From NCBI RefSeq assembly GCF_009834535.1, contig NC_045696.1, forward strand, positions 17,982,001 to 18,046,000: a stretch of DNA of 64,000 nt, written 5' to 3'. This document shows, piece after piece, positions 1 to 14,063 of this stretch. Numbering within the stretch: position 1 is the first letter of the stretch; the number at the start of each line of letters is the position of its first letter. The position numbers and the translations under genes are program-made. The DNA is from Camelus ferus (Eukaryota). A model generated the notes under the pieces. It ran no database searches, had not been told where the DNA came from, and was given only the letters and a program-made list of their open reading frames with translations.

Positions 1-289
1 CAGCACACTGTGAGATGAGATAATGATCTTGAGATTTGGAAATCACGGTTTTAAGATTTCCTTAATGTTTGTTTTCTGAAAATGTCTCAGCTTTGTTCCC
101 CTGTGTGTGTAGTACAGTAGGGGGCTATTAGCATGACACAGTGACTGTGAGTAATATTCCTGAGAGAAGTGAATACCTTGATAGTAACTGGGCAAACTAC
201 AGTGGATTACTTAAATAGATGTGTTTATGTTTTTTTTAGCAGTATGAGCCCCAAATCCACCCAGACACTCTTTGCACTCACTCTTCCTG

Positions 290-440
290 GTAGAAGAAAG
301 ATGTTATAATACATAAAGCTCAGCTCTGATCACATTACTTCCCTGCTCAAAGATGGTCAATTCCAACTGTTTACAAATAAAATATAACATTTTAGCCACA
401 CTTTAAAACCCTTCACAATCGGGTCCTGTTTAACCTTGTT
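290..440 (+). mobile_element. LINE-2 fragment
   Basis: TCTGATCACATTACTTCCCTGCTCAAA...AAACCCTTCACAATC. Confidence 0.55.
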
Positions 441-759
441 TTCTAAACTTGCAACACATACATTTTTTCCCCACATATATGAACATTTACAAAGCTGGGA
501 AGAATCTCACTATAATTGTTCCTTCAGCATGAGTCTTTCTTCCTATTCCCTTGAGTTAGTTGCTGATCAAGCTGATCCTTTTGGGATCTCCTTTTTAAGC
601 TTTATTTGATAGATCTACATTGCCCCTTAGTGTTAAAGCAGGATCCTTAAATGGAGTCTTTGCTGAATGCCTAAGGTATTTGGTAAAGTCTAGTAAGGAC
701 TAGAATGTTTCCCTACTCTGTTTGAGCCTGGAATCTATTCATCTTACAGTGCTTTAGTA

Positions 760-1200
760 GTGGTTACTTCCTGGCTTCATGAAGTTCCCACTTACATGTG
801 CAACTTAGCATTCTCAGAAACTCAAGAAGCTCGTGCATTATTGTGTCTCTTCAACTGCAGATTTCTCATCTCTTTGGCACCATGTCCCATGGCTTCTAGC
901 CATCTCTGCCTAACTCCTTTTTTCTGTCCTCGAATCAGTGAGACTGCTATAACTTTTTGGGTTGCCCTCCTTGTTCTCCATCCTGGAGGGTGCTTTCAGA
1001 TTGAAAGCCTGGGTGATCAAAGCACTCAACTCATTTGTTTCTTTTCTCTTGTTGATCACTCTCCAAAGCTGTCTGAAAACAACTGATTTTTTTTTCCTTC
1101 CAGGTTTTTAGTGTAAGGTGTTAGGGTAAGTTCAGTATTAGTTACCATGTCATAAGCAAAAGCAGGAGTCAACATGATTTTAATATATGAGTTTCTAGCT
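760..1200 (-). mobile_element. Probable old L1M 5'-region fragment
   Basis: AAAGCCTGGGTGATCAAAGCACTCAACTCATTTGTTTCTTTTCTCT..CTGAAAACAACTG motif (recall). Confidence 0.45.
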
Positions 1201-2681
1201 TCAAGATAATTCCCCATCAAGATTTTGATATTATTGTTTCCTTGTTTTCTTGTATCCAGCATTGTTGATGTCATTCTGAATTTTGTTTCTTCGTAAATAA
1301 TTTTTTTTACACAGCATTTCATAATTTTAAAAATTATTATTTTCAATGTTCTAATATTCTCTAACAGTAAGGTTCATTATTATTACTTCTGTTGTAATTA
1401 TTTGCCTTTTTACTTTATATTTCATTCCTTCTACTCTTCTCTCCTTTTAAATTTGGCCCATAGGAGGTCTAACTGGGGGACCAAATTGGGGAGGTAAGGA
1501 ATCAGCCAGTGAGCTCACTTTCTACTTACTGTCAGGTATTGTCCCAGACAAAGATGACATCACCTCTTCGACTCCAGTTCTTGTAAAAAAGCTCCCACTT
1601 CTGTCTTCCTTGCTCCTGTTCATCACTATATTTTCCTCACTCTGCTCTCTGGAAACCAGCTGTGGCACTAATGTTTTCAACCATGTCAATCAAAGATGCA
1701 TTTATGTTTGTCTTGTCAGATTATCTGATGTGACATAGAGCATTTAATTGGAATATCAGACTAATTTTATACAAATATGACAAAATAATTGGTGACTTTT
1801 CGAAGTAATTTTTCTTAATTCTTGTCTCTATTTTGAACTGGATAATGTTAGACAGTATTTCTAAAACTAATTGAACAACTTTACACAGCTCTTAAGAGAG
1901 CTGATTCCCAACAGTATATTTTTAAATAAGTTATTCTATAATCCATCCATCCATTATTTTTTTCTGAGGTAATTCATCTCTTTCACTGACCATCAATAAT
2001 TCCTTCCAATGTTACTAAAAAATATCAATGCACATTTAAAATACAAATTCAATAGATTCTGAATGTTTGTTCCACTATTTAAGATAACTGAGAAATATGT
2101 AAAGTTTTTCCACATAATTATAAGACTTGAGAAAACTGAACCAAATTAATATTTGGAATCTTACTACAGTCTTATTTATATATTTATCCCAGGACTCTAT
2201 TAAAGTTTATGGATATTATATACACATTCTAAGATTAATATAATAAATAAAATACTACAGAGAAATAAAGAAAACCACTCAACTTTCTACCATCTGGAGT
2301 AGATAATTGTTAATATATGTGCATGTAGCTCTTCCTGAAATAAAATAAATACAATATTATATACAAAATTTGGACTCTTTTGATCTCTATTCAAGTTGTC
2401 ATTTCTCTAGTTGAGTCTCTAGAATTAATTGCTGTCATGAAGATGGTGGCACTTCTTACAGGGCATTTTCCATACTTTGATAAACATAAGTACTACAATG
2501 GAATGCTGCAACATTTTTTGCATTTTTAATTTGCAATAAATAACCTCAGAGTACACATATAACTCAGCAATTTGATTTTTTTTCATTATGCTTTTATAAT
2601 ATGAATATATTTATGGGTAGTTCTAATTCAACTCTTTAGTTTACAGTGATTTTACTGATCACTTTTTATGTCCATACTGAT

Positions 2682-2890
2682 GAGCGGGTTTGCTGGAGCT
2701 CTGCAGCTAAAAGGTCTTGAAAGCCCATTACATGTATTTTTCTCAAATCCATATTCAATGACATTACACTGATGGATCAAAATCGGCCATAGGAGGTGGC
2801 ATTTACATCATGAAAATTGGCAAATGCTACAAATCAAGACTTTCTTCCCCCTAAATATCTAGTTCTTACACATTTACCAGCACACCACTT
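2682..2890. mobile_element. Ancient non-autonomous DNA transposon (hAT-Tip100-like)
   Basis: Imperfect TIR GAGCGGGTTTGCTGG ... CCAGCACACCACTTG; internal AAATTGGCAAATGCTACAAATCA motif. Confidence 0.5.
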
Positions 2891-2894
2891 GGTG

Positions 2895-4270
2895 AACATG
2901 TTGTTTCCAATGTAATATTATTATCATAAAAAACCCTGAAATAAACATCTTGGTGTAAGTATCCTTGTCTGCATACACAACTCTCACTAGGAAATATACT
3001 TGGAAATATGTATTGGGTTGCTATATTGCTATGTTAATTAACTATTAATCAATGGCTTAAAGGCTGTTTGCAAGAAATGTGATTAAATTACTCTCCAAAG
3101 TAGGTATAGTAATTTTCACACATACCAACAAAGTTAAAAATCTCTTGTCTTTCTACCTCCAGACCATCATTAGAGATTGTAAGGTTATTATTATATTATT
3201 ATCTTGGCTTATAATTGACTTACTTGACAATTTCATGATTACAAATTTGGCTGTATTTTTTTTTTTTTATTCATTATCTCCCTCCACAGATTTTAAGTCT
3301 AGCTCTATCATATGCCAAGTTCCTACTCCATCCACTGAGATGTTTATCTTTTCCTGCACCTATTTAAAGTGCTTTGTCTGTGTTTATTCTCCATTAAGTC
3401 TAATACCCAGGAACACAAGAACCTTTCATTCACTACTTATTTTTCACTTTTAAAATTACAGTGATATCCATGGTCCTTTACCATACACATTTTAGAATAA
3501 CTTTGTCAAATTATATGAAAAAGTTCTAGATATAAGTTAAATTAAATTTTATTAAGATTAACTTGAAAATATCAGTTAATTTTGAGAATTTACTACTAGG
3601 GCAAACTGAATCTTCTCACCTGTAGATATGGTGATTTTTCCTATTCAGACCTTCTGTTGGGGCGATCCATAATTTTTAAAGTTACATTCACTTTACTCAA
3701 GCCCATTTTTTAATTTACCACTAAGTACATTATAAATTTCATTGATATAAGAATGATTATGTTGTTTTAGTGTTTGTTGCTGATATATAGGAACAATGTT
3801 GATTTTTAAATATTGCTGCTATTTGACAGGAATCTGTCTGAACTCTCTCTTCTTCAGTTTACTATTCCAGATTCTCTTGGATTTCTGTACAATTATAAAT
3901 AACTAAAGCATTGATATAGTATCAGGATCACTTCTTCAATCCGATCCCTTTCAATAGTAGTTTTGTTTTGTTTTTTAACTGTTGCTTGGCCTAGAGTCAG
4001 CAGTATAATTTTCAATGTTGTGCTCCATTGAATTCATCACATTTTTATTAAAAATGGCAATGATTCAATAATTCATCATTGATGTTTGATGAAGTTTATT
4101 TGGTAAATATCTTTTGAAGTTTAAGAAATTTATTTATTTTGAAGTTCATTCATATTTATTTGTATTGAAGTTTATTTATAATCTTAGATCTGTATGTTTA
4201 AAATCAAATTTTTTCAACATATTCACACATTGATTATAACAGTAATATAACTTTTCTCCTTTAGTCCACT
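2895..4270 (-). mobile_element. Highly decayed L1ME-like antisense fragments
   Basis: ATAAACATCTTGGTG, TTTTAGAATAACTTTGTCAAATT, TTGCTGATATATAGGAACAATGTTGATTTT, CAGATTCTCTTGGATTTC. Confidence 0.6.
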
Positions 4271-7149
4271 ATACACATCAGTGTGTCTGTACATCCTTTC
4301 AAGTCAGTGATGAAGCCAGAATATGTTATATGAGAGGCTGCCCGGACACTCTGGTCTGAGGCCAACAGTAAAGTGAGTTCTTGGATTTTTTTTAATCTAT
4401 AGAGTCAACTTTTAAATAATGCCAACTAGCAAGAAATGTGATGTCAACAAAAAATATATACTTAAGATTTTATGATTTATGACCTGATTTGGCTTGACCA
4501 GAGTTCATGGAAGAAGTAGAGGTGTATTACTCCTAAGTTGTTCCCAAATATAAAAGTTTGGTTTCATATATATACATATATATATACAATACATAATTTA
4601 AAAATACCTTTATTTTTAAAATTTAGCTATTCACTCACATTTTCTTAATTATTGCCCTTGGGGTAATCTTATAGTGCAACCTACCACATAGCCATTTTAG
4701 ATGAGAGGTTTGAATTTATTACATCTTTTTTTCTTTTTTTAAATCACTGATGATGACTGATATAGAACAGTCTGCTTTTTCACTAGCTTTGTGTTATTTT
4801 ACTCTAACAGGAGCTTGTTTTATGTTGCTTTTTAAATTAAAAAAAATAAACCTACTTTTATATTTTATTTCCCACGTCCATAATATTTGATGGTAGTGTA
4901 TTATTTTAATATTCTACTGGATTATTTCGAATTTAATTTTGTAGTTAGGTGAGACTGCTTTCTGGTTTCATTTACAAAATTATACCATTCTCATAAAAAA
5001 GCAGGCTATCCTGGCCTGCTTTTCTACTGTCTATATTCAAAAAGAGTTTTTAGAAGATAAGCATTTGATAATTTAGTAAAAATTTTTTTTCATTGTATTT
5101 CAGATAATTCTCATTTTAACCTTAAAATATATTAGAATAAATTTATTGATAATATAATCCTGATTTTTTTCCCAATTTTCTTCTTTTCTCTCGTGTATTA
5201 ATATTTTTAATTGCTTTACTCTTCCAGCTTGAAAATGTTTATACTTTATTCCTCCAAAAATCTCTAAAATTATTCCACCATTTTATTGGTCTTTTCTCTT
5301 TCATGAATTTCTGCCTTTAACTTTATGATTTGTGTCTCTTATCTCTTGTCCAGAAGAACTAATTTACCTAGATGATTCTCATGTTCTTCAAAAAAAATCT
5401 TTAATGCATTTATTGATTAGCTTTCTTTCACTTCTTGCTTGTTATTTGATAAGTTTCTTTAAAAATTCAATTTACTTCCTAATTATGACTATGTATCCAT
5501 CCCATATGTTTTGTTATGTATTTCTTCTGTTAGTTTTCTTTTTATTTATGGAGACAGTAGTAGAAAGGTTTTCCTGTCAACAGTTCACTTTGAGGATGGT
5601 ATCCAGGTATAAAATAAGGCCCCACTTAAAGGGACTACCTTACTGTATGCATTTTATAAACTATATGATTGGAAAAGCATTAGGTCCCTCTGCTGCAGTG
5701 ATAAGAGTTGTACTCCAAGCCTCAGGGTTGCAATAAAATGTAGCAGGAACTTAGTTTCCAGCCCACTTCTACCTAATTAGTATTCACAGCTGGGAAAGAA
5801 CCAGCCGCTTCCATGCCCACACAGCTGAATGAATTCCAGCCGTGGAAGTCACCTGCTAAAGCACTACTCCATAGCTGATTTCCATAGAGCTCAGTAGAAA
5901 GCCAGTTCCCTTTCTGGGATAAGTTATCTCTTAAATGCCATAAATATTTCATAATTCCAGAACGACTGCTCTTTAACTTACCAGTTAATACCAAGAGAGT
6001 TATTTGATTTCCAAATGTTGGTAATTGTATTGTTTCATATGTTACAGGAAAATAAAATAGGATAAGTGAGATTGGAAATGTCAGTGGGTTTTCACTTTTT
6101 TCCTCATATCCTCTGTTAACTAAAAAGTTAGATACCCTTGTCAATCTTTTCTTGTATTAGCTTTAAAATGCTGAAGTATGTAGATACAGATATAATATAG
6201 ATATATTTTCATACCTATATTGTGGCTGTGTTATCACAGTTTTAGATTAACTCCACTGCGTCACTATCACTTTAAAGAGAAGCTAATTTTTTTGTGCCTT
6301 GAACATTATTACTGAGATATAATTGTCAGTTAACTTTCATATGGTTAATAAAATGCATAGGAAGTAAAGAAAAATGGGTAATTCTTCTGAAGAGGAGATA
6401 TCTATTGAGAAAGAATGCCAATTTAACTCAAGACAATTTTGTTTTCAGAGAGACATACTGAAATGTTAGGTTTATTTTTCAGAATAGGAGGAACAGTTTC
6501 TCAATTTTAGAATTTAAAGGATTTGCTTATCTCTGGTCAAATGATAAATGCTGAATGCTGCTAGCTGACTGAATCAAAACCAGGGGGTTTGATCTAATCA
6601 ATTATATGTTACTAAATTAAAAATGTTAACATTTGAATCATACATGTTAAAATGAGAGGATTGTGGTCAATTATTCTGATCAATAATTATGATCTATAAA
6701 AGTTCTGTGTTGTGTATAAAGAAATATTCTTGATATAAATATATGATTTTATTGCAGCAAACCATAGGATGTATTTCACAGTAAATAAAAGAAAAATTAT
6801 GTTCAATATTTGTAACAGTACTGCATGATCTTGAATTCTTCTCTAAGCATGCATATAAATTATAGATAACTATTACAGTAAATGATTTTATCTTTTGTAA
6901 TTAAGTAGCAGATAATAAAGACATCAGACATTTCCTCACAGTATTACAAAATGTTATTTTTGTTAGCAACGGTTTGCCATATCCACCATAAACAAGTCAA
7001 AACGATCATATACCATGATGACTCATTGTTTTTAAATCTAAGTGACATAAATTCCCCATTAGAGCAAACTCTGAACCATTAATATTTTATTAACTTACAG
7101 GCCTGTATCTGGATATTAGAAATGATAAAAAAAATTCAGAAGGATCCAC

Positions 7150-7980
7150 TTATTCATTCAATAATATTCATAAATACTCAAATACCTTAATATGGAATAG
7201 TTTCTTGCGATATTCTAGTACACAGAATAAATTAAAATACTTTCGGTATAAGCTCGCATTTTTTTTGTGGGGAGACAGGCCATAAGCATTTGAAATAATA
7301 CACTCGCAAATTATACAGTATGTTAGGAGGCACCTACTATATGTGCCATAGGAAAGTAGTGCAAGGTACATGGGATTGGAAATGTCAAGATTCAGAAGAA
7401 TGCTAGGTTGTAATTTTAAATAGTGTGGTCAGGGAAGCCCCACTAAGATATGACTTAACCACAGATAACAAAGGACAGAAAAGAATTAGCTATGAGGATG
7501 TCATGTATCATGAGCAGAGGGCACAGCCAGTATAAATAGTCTGTGGGAGAAGCATATGTGGAACAGCAAGAAGGAGAATGTGCCTAAAAAGAGTAAGAGG
7601 AAGAGTGGTTACTGAGGTCAGGGTGGTGAAATTTCTTATGTAGGGTATATAAGCCTTTGCTTTAATTCTGTTAGAAATACTGAGCCATGACATAGTTTGG
7701 AGCAGAGAAATGACACATATTGACTCAAGTTCAAGAGGATCACTCTGGCTGCTAAGTGGAGACTTTATCATAGGGGGAAATAGTGTAAGTATTGGGATAA
7801 GATATAATGTTATATTGGCGAGAGGTAATGTCATCCTGAATCAAGACGGTAGCAGTAAAAGTACTTGAGAAGAGTTCATATTTTCGATATGTTTTGGGGG
7901 TAAAATGAATCAGATACACTGACAGACTGCATATAGAATTTGAGAGGCAAACTGTAGCCAAGGATGACCTCAGGTTGGTC
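7150..7980 (-). mobile_element. LINE-2 fragment
   Basis: ATTCATTCAATAATATT, CACCTACTATATGTGCCA, GTGGTCAGGGAAG, GAGCAGAGAAATGACA, GATCACTCTGGCTGCT, AAGGATGAC. Confidence 0.8.
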
Positions 7981-8189
7981 AGCTATCATTGCCTTATAAA
8001 GTTTTGCTTGTAATTAAAAAACATAATGTACTTCTTCTGGAAATGTATTCAAACTCTAAGTATACAAGCAATGACAGAATATATTATTTTAAGGTGTTTA
8101 TCCTCTGGAAAAAATGTTGGAGGTTCATATGGCTATATTAAATTAATTAGCTGTAACTGGTCAACTTAGAACAACATTGATATTATAGC

Positions 8190-8540
8190 ACTCCCCCGAC
8201 CTTCCAGATTTGCAACTCTATTCCTTATCAGTGAGAAACCTGGTTTCTGTTCTCATTAATACATGTCCTTATTTGATCAATACTCCTGCATGTAACCCAT
8301 CTCTCACTGCCTCCTTCACACAGATAACCTTTAACCACACAAGTTCCACAGTGTGAGCTGGGCCACTTCCCACGTGGGTGCACTCACATTTCGATTAGCC
8401 TCTGACAACCCACAGTTGGCAGTCTCTGCTCATGGATGCCCTCTTACTCCTTCTCAAGTTCTAACCCTATGTCGGTTGCTGCTCCAAAGGGAAGACTTCT
8501 TGTCTAGCTTGTGCTCTTAGATACTGTCTGTACCAGGCCA
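8190..8540 (-). mobile_element. L1MC-like 3' fragment
   Basis: CAGTGAGAAACCTGG, ATGGATGCCCTCTTACTCC-type repeats. Confidence 0.5.
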
Positions 8541-9919
8541 ACCTCAATCAATGCCCACAAACTTCTCATCCAACTTTAGGTCTAACTCAGTGTAGAGGCA
8601 ATTACAGAATTTTATCCATTTGTCAAAGCACACTGAAATGTACATTTTGACTATTATTATATGTGGACAATTCCTCAATTTAAAATAAATATGCCCAAGT
8701 GTTTGGAATAAAACATTCTTTCTCATTGAACTACTTTGTGTTGCAATTGTACCTTTATGTTTCCTTCTTCCTTTCTTTATTTTATTATTAAATATATATC
8801 CCCTTTTAATCCCCTCAACTTCAAACAGAGAATGAAAGAGTTATTTTAATCAGAAACGGTCTTAAATTTCAATGTTTTTCTTACATGCTGATTTATCTGC
8901 AGACTATCTTCTGTTAGTACATGTCAGACACTACACTCAGCACAATGAGGTATTTCTCATTGTTTTAAATCTCTGTAAAACATATTTTATGATACTTTGT
9001 ATAAACCTTCAATGTAAAAATAAACTGAATTTGTTACAGCTCTATCAAAGATGGATCCATCTGGAAAGAATCTGAAAAGATAATGAGCAGGTACTTATGT
9101 TTGCACCACCATATTCAAAATGGTACATAGAGATTTTTCTTTAAAATTATGAACATAAAATATACTACATTGCTGTTCCACATGGCAAGTATGGCAATTT
9201 GGATCTCACATTATAATTTTTTCTCAATCACATTATCTCCTGCCTCAGGATTAATAGATTGCAGATTTAATTTCTAAATTGAAGTTGTACATAAACAGTC
9301 TTCTAGTCTTTTCTCCATAAGAAAGAGAAACTTTGGGATGGACATTTTTTAATACAGCAAACATCTCTTCTATCCCATTATACTAATGCAGTCAATGTGT
9401 TCTCCCCAGAGATTGTACTTCTATCTCTTGTGACACATAGTGTGTCCTTCTCACTATGATTTCCACAAGAAAGTAAGTCTGGTGCAACTCTGAAAAAAAA
9501 TTACAATTTATTTTTCAAGGGATTTACTTGTGTATCAAAATTAGAATAGTGTGATATGAGTGGGTGATTATATCCTGTACTTCCAGAGTAAAACCACTGT
9601 CGAAGCGGTTTTCGGTAAGTATGTGCATTATGCTTAGGAGACTTGAAGTTATTATTTGTATTAAGTTTTTGAGAAAATTGTGGATTCACATTCAGTTATA
9701 ACAACACAGAGAAATCCTATTTATCCTTCACCCAGTTCGGGGAACTTTATATTTTAAAATCAATGTTGGTGTAGGTTATCTTTGTGTCTTTTCATTCATT
9801 TGATCATTCATTGATTGGAAAACTATTTCCTAGTGCTTTCTGAGGCCCTTTGATGGATGAAGCATAGGTATACAATCAAATACTCCCATTGAGTACCTCT
9901 TGAATTTTTCAGGAATACT

Positions 9920-10210
9920 GAAACTAAGGAATCTCTCAGTTCCAGGTGACTAACAACCCAGATAAATCTGACTTAAGCAAGTATGGATTCACTGGCACAC
10001 ATAAAAGTAAGACTAGAACCACCTTATGATTCAACTGGTTTTGCCAATACTTCCTTTCTTTTCCCATCACTCAGTCAGTTTTCTCTGTATTGATCTGTTA
10101 GGCAGACTCAGATATCCACATTCATTCCTTAGATAACCAGTGAAATATAGATAGATTCCTTTCCTCTGAAAGGTTCTAATCCCCCAAGTAGAGACTCATA
10201 TGAGTTTCTT
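9920..10210 (-). mobile_element. Old MLT1 (K/L-like) LTR fragment
   Basis: CAGTTCCAGGTGACTAACAACCCAGATAAATCTGACTTAAGCAA..ATTCACTGGCACACATAA. Confidence 0.5.
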
Positions 10211-13200
10211 GTTTTGAGTGTTTTTGTAATATAAAGGCAACTGCACCATATACACGTTAGATACATTTAACAATTGAATTTAATAATAATTAGTATTTCT
10301 TATACTTAGCAATTATCCAGTACAGCTTTAAGCATTTTCACATCCTTTAATAACAGTATAACGTCCCTACCATGCCTATATAAGAGAACAGGACTACAGT
10401 CCTATAAGCAGTACACCCAGTATTGTTTATGTGAATAAGTGATTTATTATCTGTTGAAGCTTTTCATGTGCGTTTCCAGGGACTGTCTATTCAAAAAATT
10501 CATGATATCAAGATAATCCAAAATAGGGTAATTTTTAATACTACATTTCAATACACATAACTGATTTCTTATTTTATATAATGTTATTTATCTGTGCTTT
10601 GTAGAGGAAAAATTCTCAAGTTCTCCCTTCCCTCACTAAGTAAATGTTAGAGATCTTTGTTTTTTAAAGATCATTAATTTAAAGGGGCACCAAGTTGGTG
10701 GTTTGCTGTGGGTGCCCAATTTCTCAGACCAGGCACATGACTACTCAGAGACAAGCAGCTCCTAATTGGATTATTGACCTTTTCCAGAGTTCTCAATTTC
10801 TCTGCCCTTGCTTTCTGCTGAAAACCATTATTTTTAAGGAGAGGAATTTCTCTTATGAAATGGCCTTTCTATTTCCTTTTATTCTTTCCTATTCACTCTA
10901 TGCTTATCAGTTTCGTTTTTCTCCCTGCCTTTCACATTTAAGACCTATTTTCTTTCTTTCTTATCAGAACTCCTTGCTCCTTTGTATTATCTATTCTCTT
11001 GTTTTCTTAATGCTTGAAAATTCAGATTGTTTTCATCATGAATGTTGCCAGAAATACGAAATAAAATTTTATCTTGCCTTATGAACCCCTGATCATGTCG
11101 ATACTGTGACTTCATAATTTAGACTGTCAACTTTAAAACTTAAATGTAGTAGTCTTAAATAAATCATAAAATTAAAAGTTAAAGTAAAGAAGCCAATCAT
11201 CCTTAAAAACAAGATTACCCTGGGTAAGATCAAAGACACAGTTGAAACTGTTTCAGAAATCATTGTCTTGCTGGACTCCCAGGGCAAACATAAAAAGACC
11301 CAACTAATAAATAAAGCATTTTGTCAGAAGCCATCTTTGCTAGGCTCTTGTTTGGTTCTGCTCTTTAGTGTAAATTCTTGATTTTGGAGAATTTAAGTTC
11401 AAAAGCCATGATCACTATCAGGACTGAGGCATCCACTGCACTCCCAACTGTGACACTAGGGCATCTCGAGGGCCAGGCTAACTATCAGTTTGAGGACAGA
11501 CCTGTAAAATTCTCAGGGAGAACCATCCTCAGAGCACTTGATTAAGAGCTAGTTCTGAAATGAGGAACCTAGGGATTCAGACAGTAGTGGTCATATATAG
11601 GATGACTGTAAGAGAAGGGAATGTAAATGCTCATCCACACCCACACACCCCCCTAACATGTATGAACACATGTAGACCATATGTAGGTAACACTATTAAT
11701 TTATAGCATTATGATATTTTATGTATTATAATACTTTTTAAATCAAGACATTAGCTTACCATTATGAACATTATAGCATTATAATAAGAAGCTGAAATTT
11801 GGTGTTAGGAATATCATAAAGAGATAAATTATGATTTTAGAGGAATTAAATAGATTTATGAAAAATATTTTTATTTGAACATGATTTTAAGGCTTACTTT
11901 TCATTTTTTTATGTAGCATTTATTATATCTTAATAGAAGCTTTGTGGATCTCATTTTTGGTGAAATAGTATTAGGTAGGGTTTTAAATTAAGTATCTTAT
12001 TACTGCTATTTAACTTATTTATTTTACCACCCATAAAGGTATTTTAGTTCTATACATATAGAATTTCAATGTCTAGAGAAATAATTATTGAGTAAATATT
12101 TTCTCATATCTAACATACTTTCATTTTTATTATTTTCATTTAATTTAATATCATAAACACTTATGAGTAATATACTGCATTTTCAAATATTAGATAAAAC
12201 TCAAAAATATTTATTGATGATGTTAGACTAGATATAAATTGTTCAGATTTTTACTGAATTGATTTTAATGTAGCTTATTTTAACAATCTCCATTTGCATT
12301 TGCTGAAGTCTGTAACAATAACAAAACAAAATTCTTCATGGATGTCCCCTTTGGAGTAAACTAATTTAGCACAAATATCTAGCAATGTATCTTTTTCTGT
12401 GATTTGTCTATAAATTTTAAAAATACTAATTTAAGTAGGTTAATTTTGAAATGTATTACAGTTGAGATAAAATAATTTTATCAGGGACACTGGCTTTCCC
12501 AGTCCATCTAAAACAACAAACAAAAACTTTTCCTTTAGTTTTAAACCTGGTACCTGCTATTCTATTTTAAAATTTATGCTGCTCTCTGTGAGATGAATTA
12601 CCATTGGCACTTTTAGTTCAAATAGTAGTAAATATTTAATAGAAACTCTGCTCTTAGAATTATATGCACGTAGGCACATGCACTAACACACAAATAATTT
12701 TTGATACAAATAACCTTCCACTTCAGTTGTGACTTGTTAGGCTCCTAGGAAAATGCAATGGACAATGCAAGGAACTTTAAAATGAGACCTGAGAGCCAAC
12801 AGCCTATAAAATATCTGGAACAGCTTTGAACGTTGGGCACACACACACACAAAAATCCTGCTGGCTTAGCCAATGTCTGTTTATTGTCACTTCAGCCCCA
12901 ATCAAACACATCCCTAATAAGCTGAAGGCAATTCAGAGGTCATTTTACTTGTGCTGCATCAAATAGTCATCAGTCCTCTTGGCTTGCATACAACAATTAT
13001 GAATTTTCTTATTTACTCTCCTGCCTTTTTTTCCTCTCTGCTGGAGTAATATCCAAGGGCTGGTGCCTGCCAAAGGCAATGCCTGTGCAGACACGCTACT
13101 GGAGCTTCTATTCATGCCAGTATAACCGAAGACTGAGCTACTTAGTATGACATCTGCTGCTGAGGGCATTTCTCCCGAAGCCCTAAACATGCTGGCACCT

Positions 13201-13534
13201 GTATGATTCTCCCAAAGTCTCCACCACAATGGTGCTTGAAAACTGGACCTTAGCGTCTACTGTAATTTTTGCTGAACCAATCTTTTCAGTTTTTCTTACT
13301 CATTAAATGCAATCCTATCATTGTAAGACTCAGGAATAAGTCCACTTAGGGCAAAAAACTAAAGGCAAAAAGAATAATAGACAGTCTGTTTTAAAATAAG
13401 CCTTTTACAATGCTGTTATATTATCCTTGATAAAAAACCTTAGCACCCATCCTTTTTTCTTGGAAATGACTTATTTCCAAGGTGATCTTTTTCCTTCATG
13501 AAGCAGGTGAAGAGCCCAAATGAACAAATACATA

Positions 13535-13597
13535 TTTGTTTTATATTCTAGATTTATATTCTAGAATATAAAACAAACCTAGAATTTATATTCTAGA
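13535..13597. repeat. Perfect 17-bp inverted repeat with nested palindromes
   Basis: TTTGTTTTATATTCTAG (13535-13551) / CTAGAATATAAAACAAA (13561-13577), with a 9-nt spacer. Confidence 0.9.
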
Positions 13598-14026
13598 TTT
13601 GTGTATACATGTGTAGACCTCAAAGTACCAAAGTTTAGGTCAAATTCTCATTGACATATATCAGCTATGTATAATTATAATGAATTTAATTTTGTTAGAC
13701 CTTGGTAAAAACACTGTCTTCTTACTGATTTCTGAATGTGTAAATACATATTTGTTTGTTTGGTATTTGGTGGGAGAGAGGGCTCTGATTTCCTTTATGA
13801 GTGGGTTATCAAGCAGCTGCACACATTTCCCTCAGCTGCAGGCAGGAAGGACTTCTGACATGACAAGCATCACAAGCGAGTATTCAGTACAGAAAAGAAA
13901 TGCAAAACCCACAAATCTTCAAAGCTCCAACTAATTCGGTAAGAATCTAAGTCTGAAGAAGAGACAATTCCTTTTAATTATTCAAAGAAATTGTCCCTTT
14001 AGAAACTCAATTTGGCTGAAGAAAGC

Positions 14027-14063
14027 CAAAAAAAAAAAAAAAAAAGCAAGCAAGCAAGCAAGC
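14027..14063. repeat. Poly(A) followed by (GCAA)4
   Basis: Read directly from the sequence. Confidence 0.9.

Noticed and set aside
4305..4365. C/D box snoRNA-like GTGATGA...CTGA
   Set aside because: Only ~50 nt between the boxes, a weak terminal stem and no recognisable rRNA antisense element.
5332..6144. 134-aa and 123-aa ORFs
   Set aside because: Non-ATG starts, low-complexity composition, no recognisable domain and no convincing splice sites.
12945..13229. 94-aa minus-strand ORF
   Set aside because: No recognisable homology or exon boundaries; treated only as a possible non-coding island.
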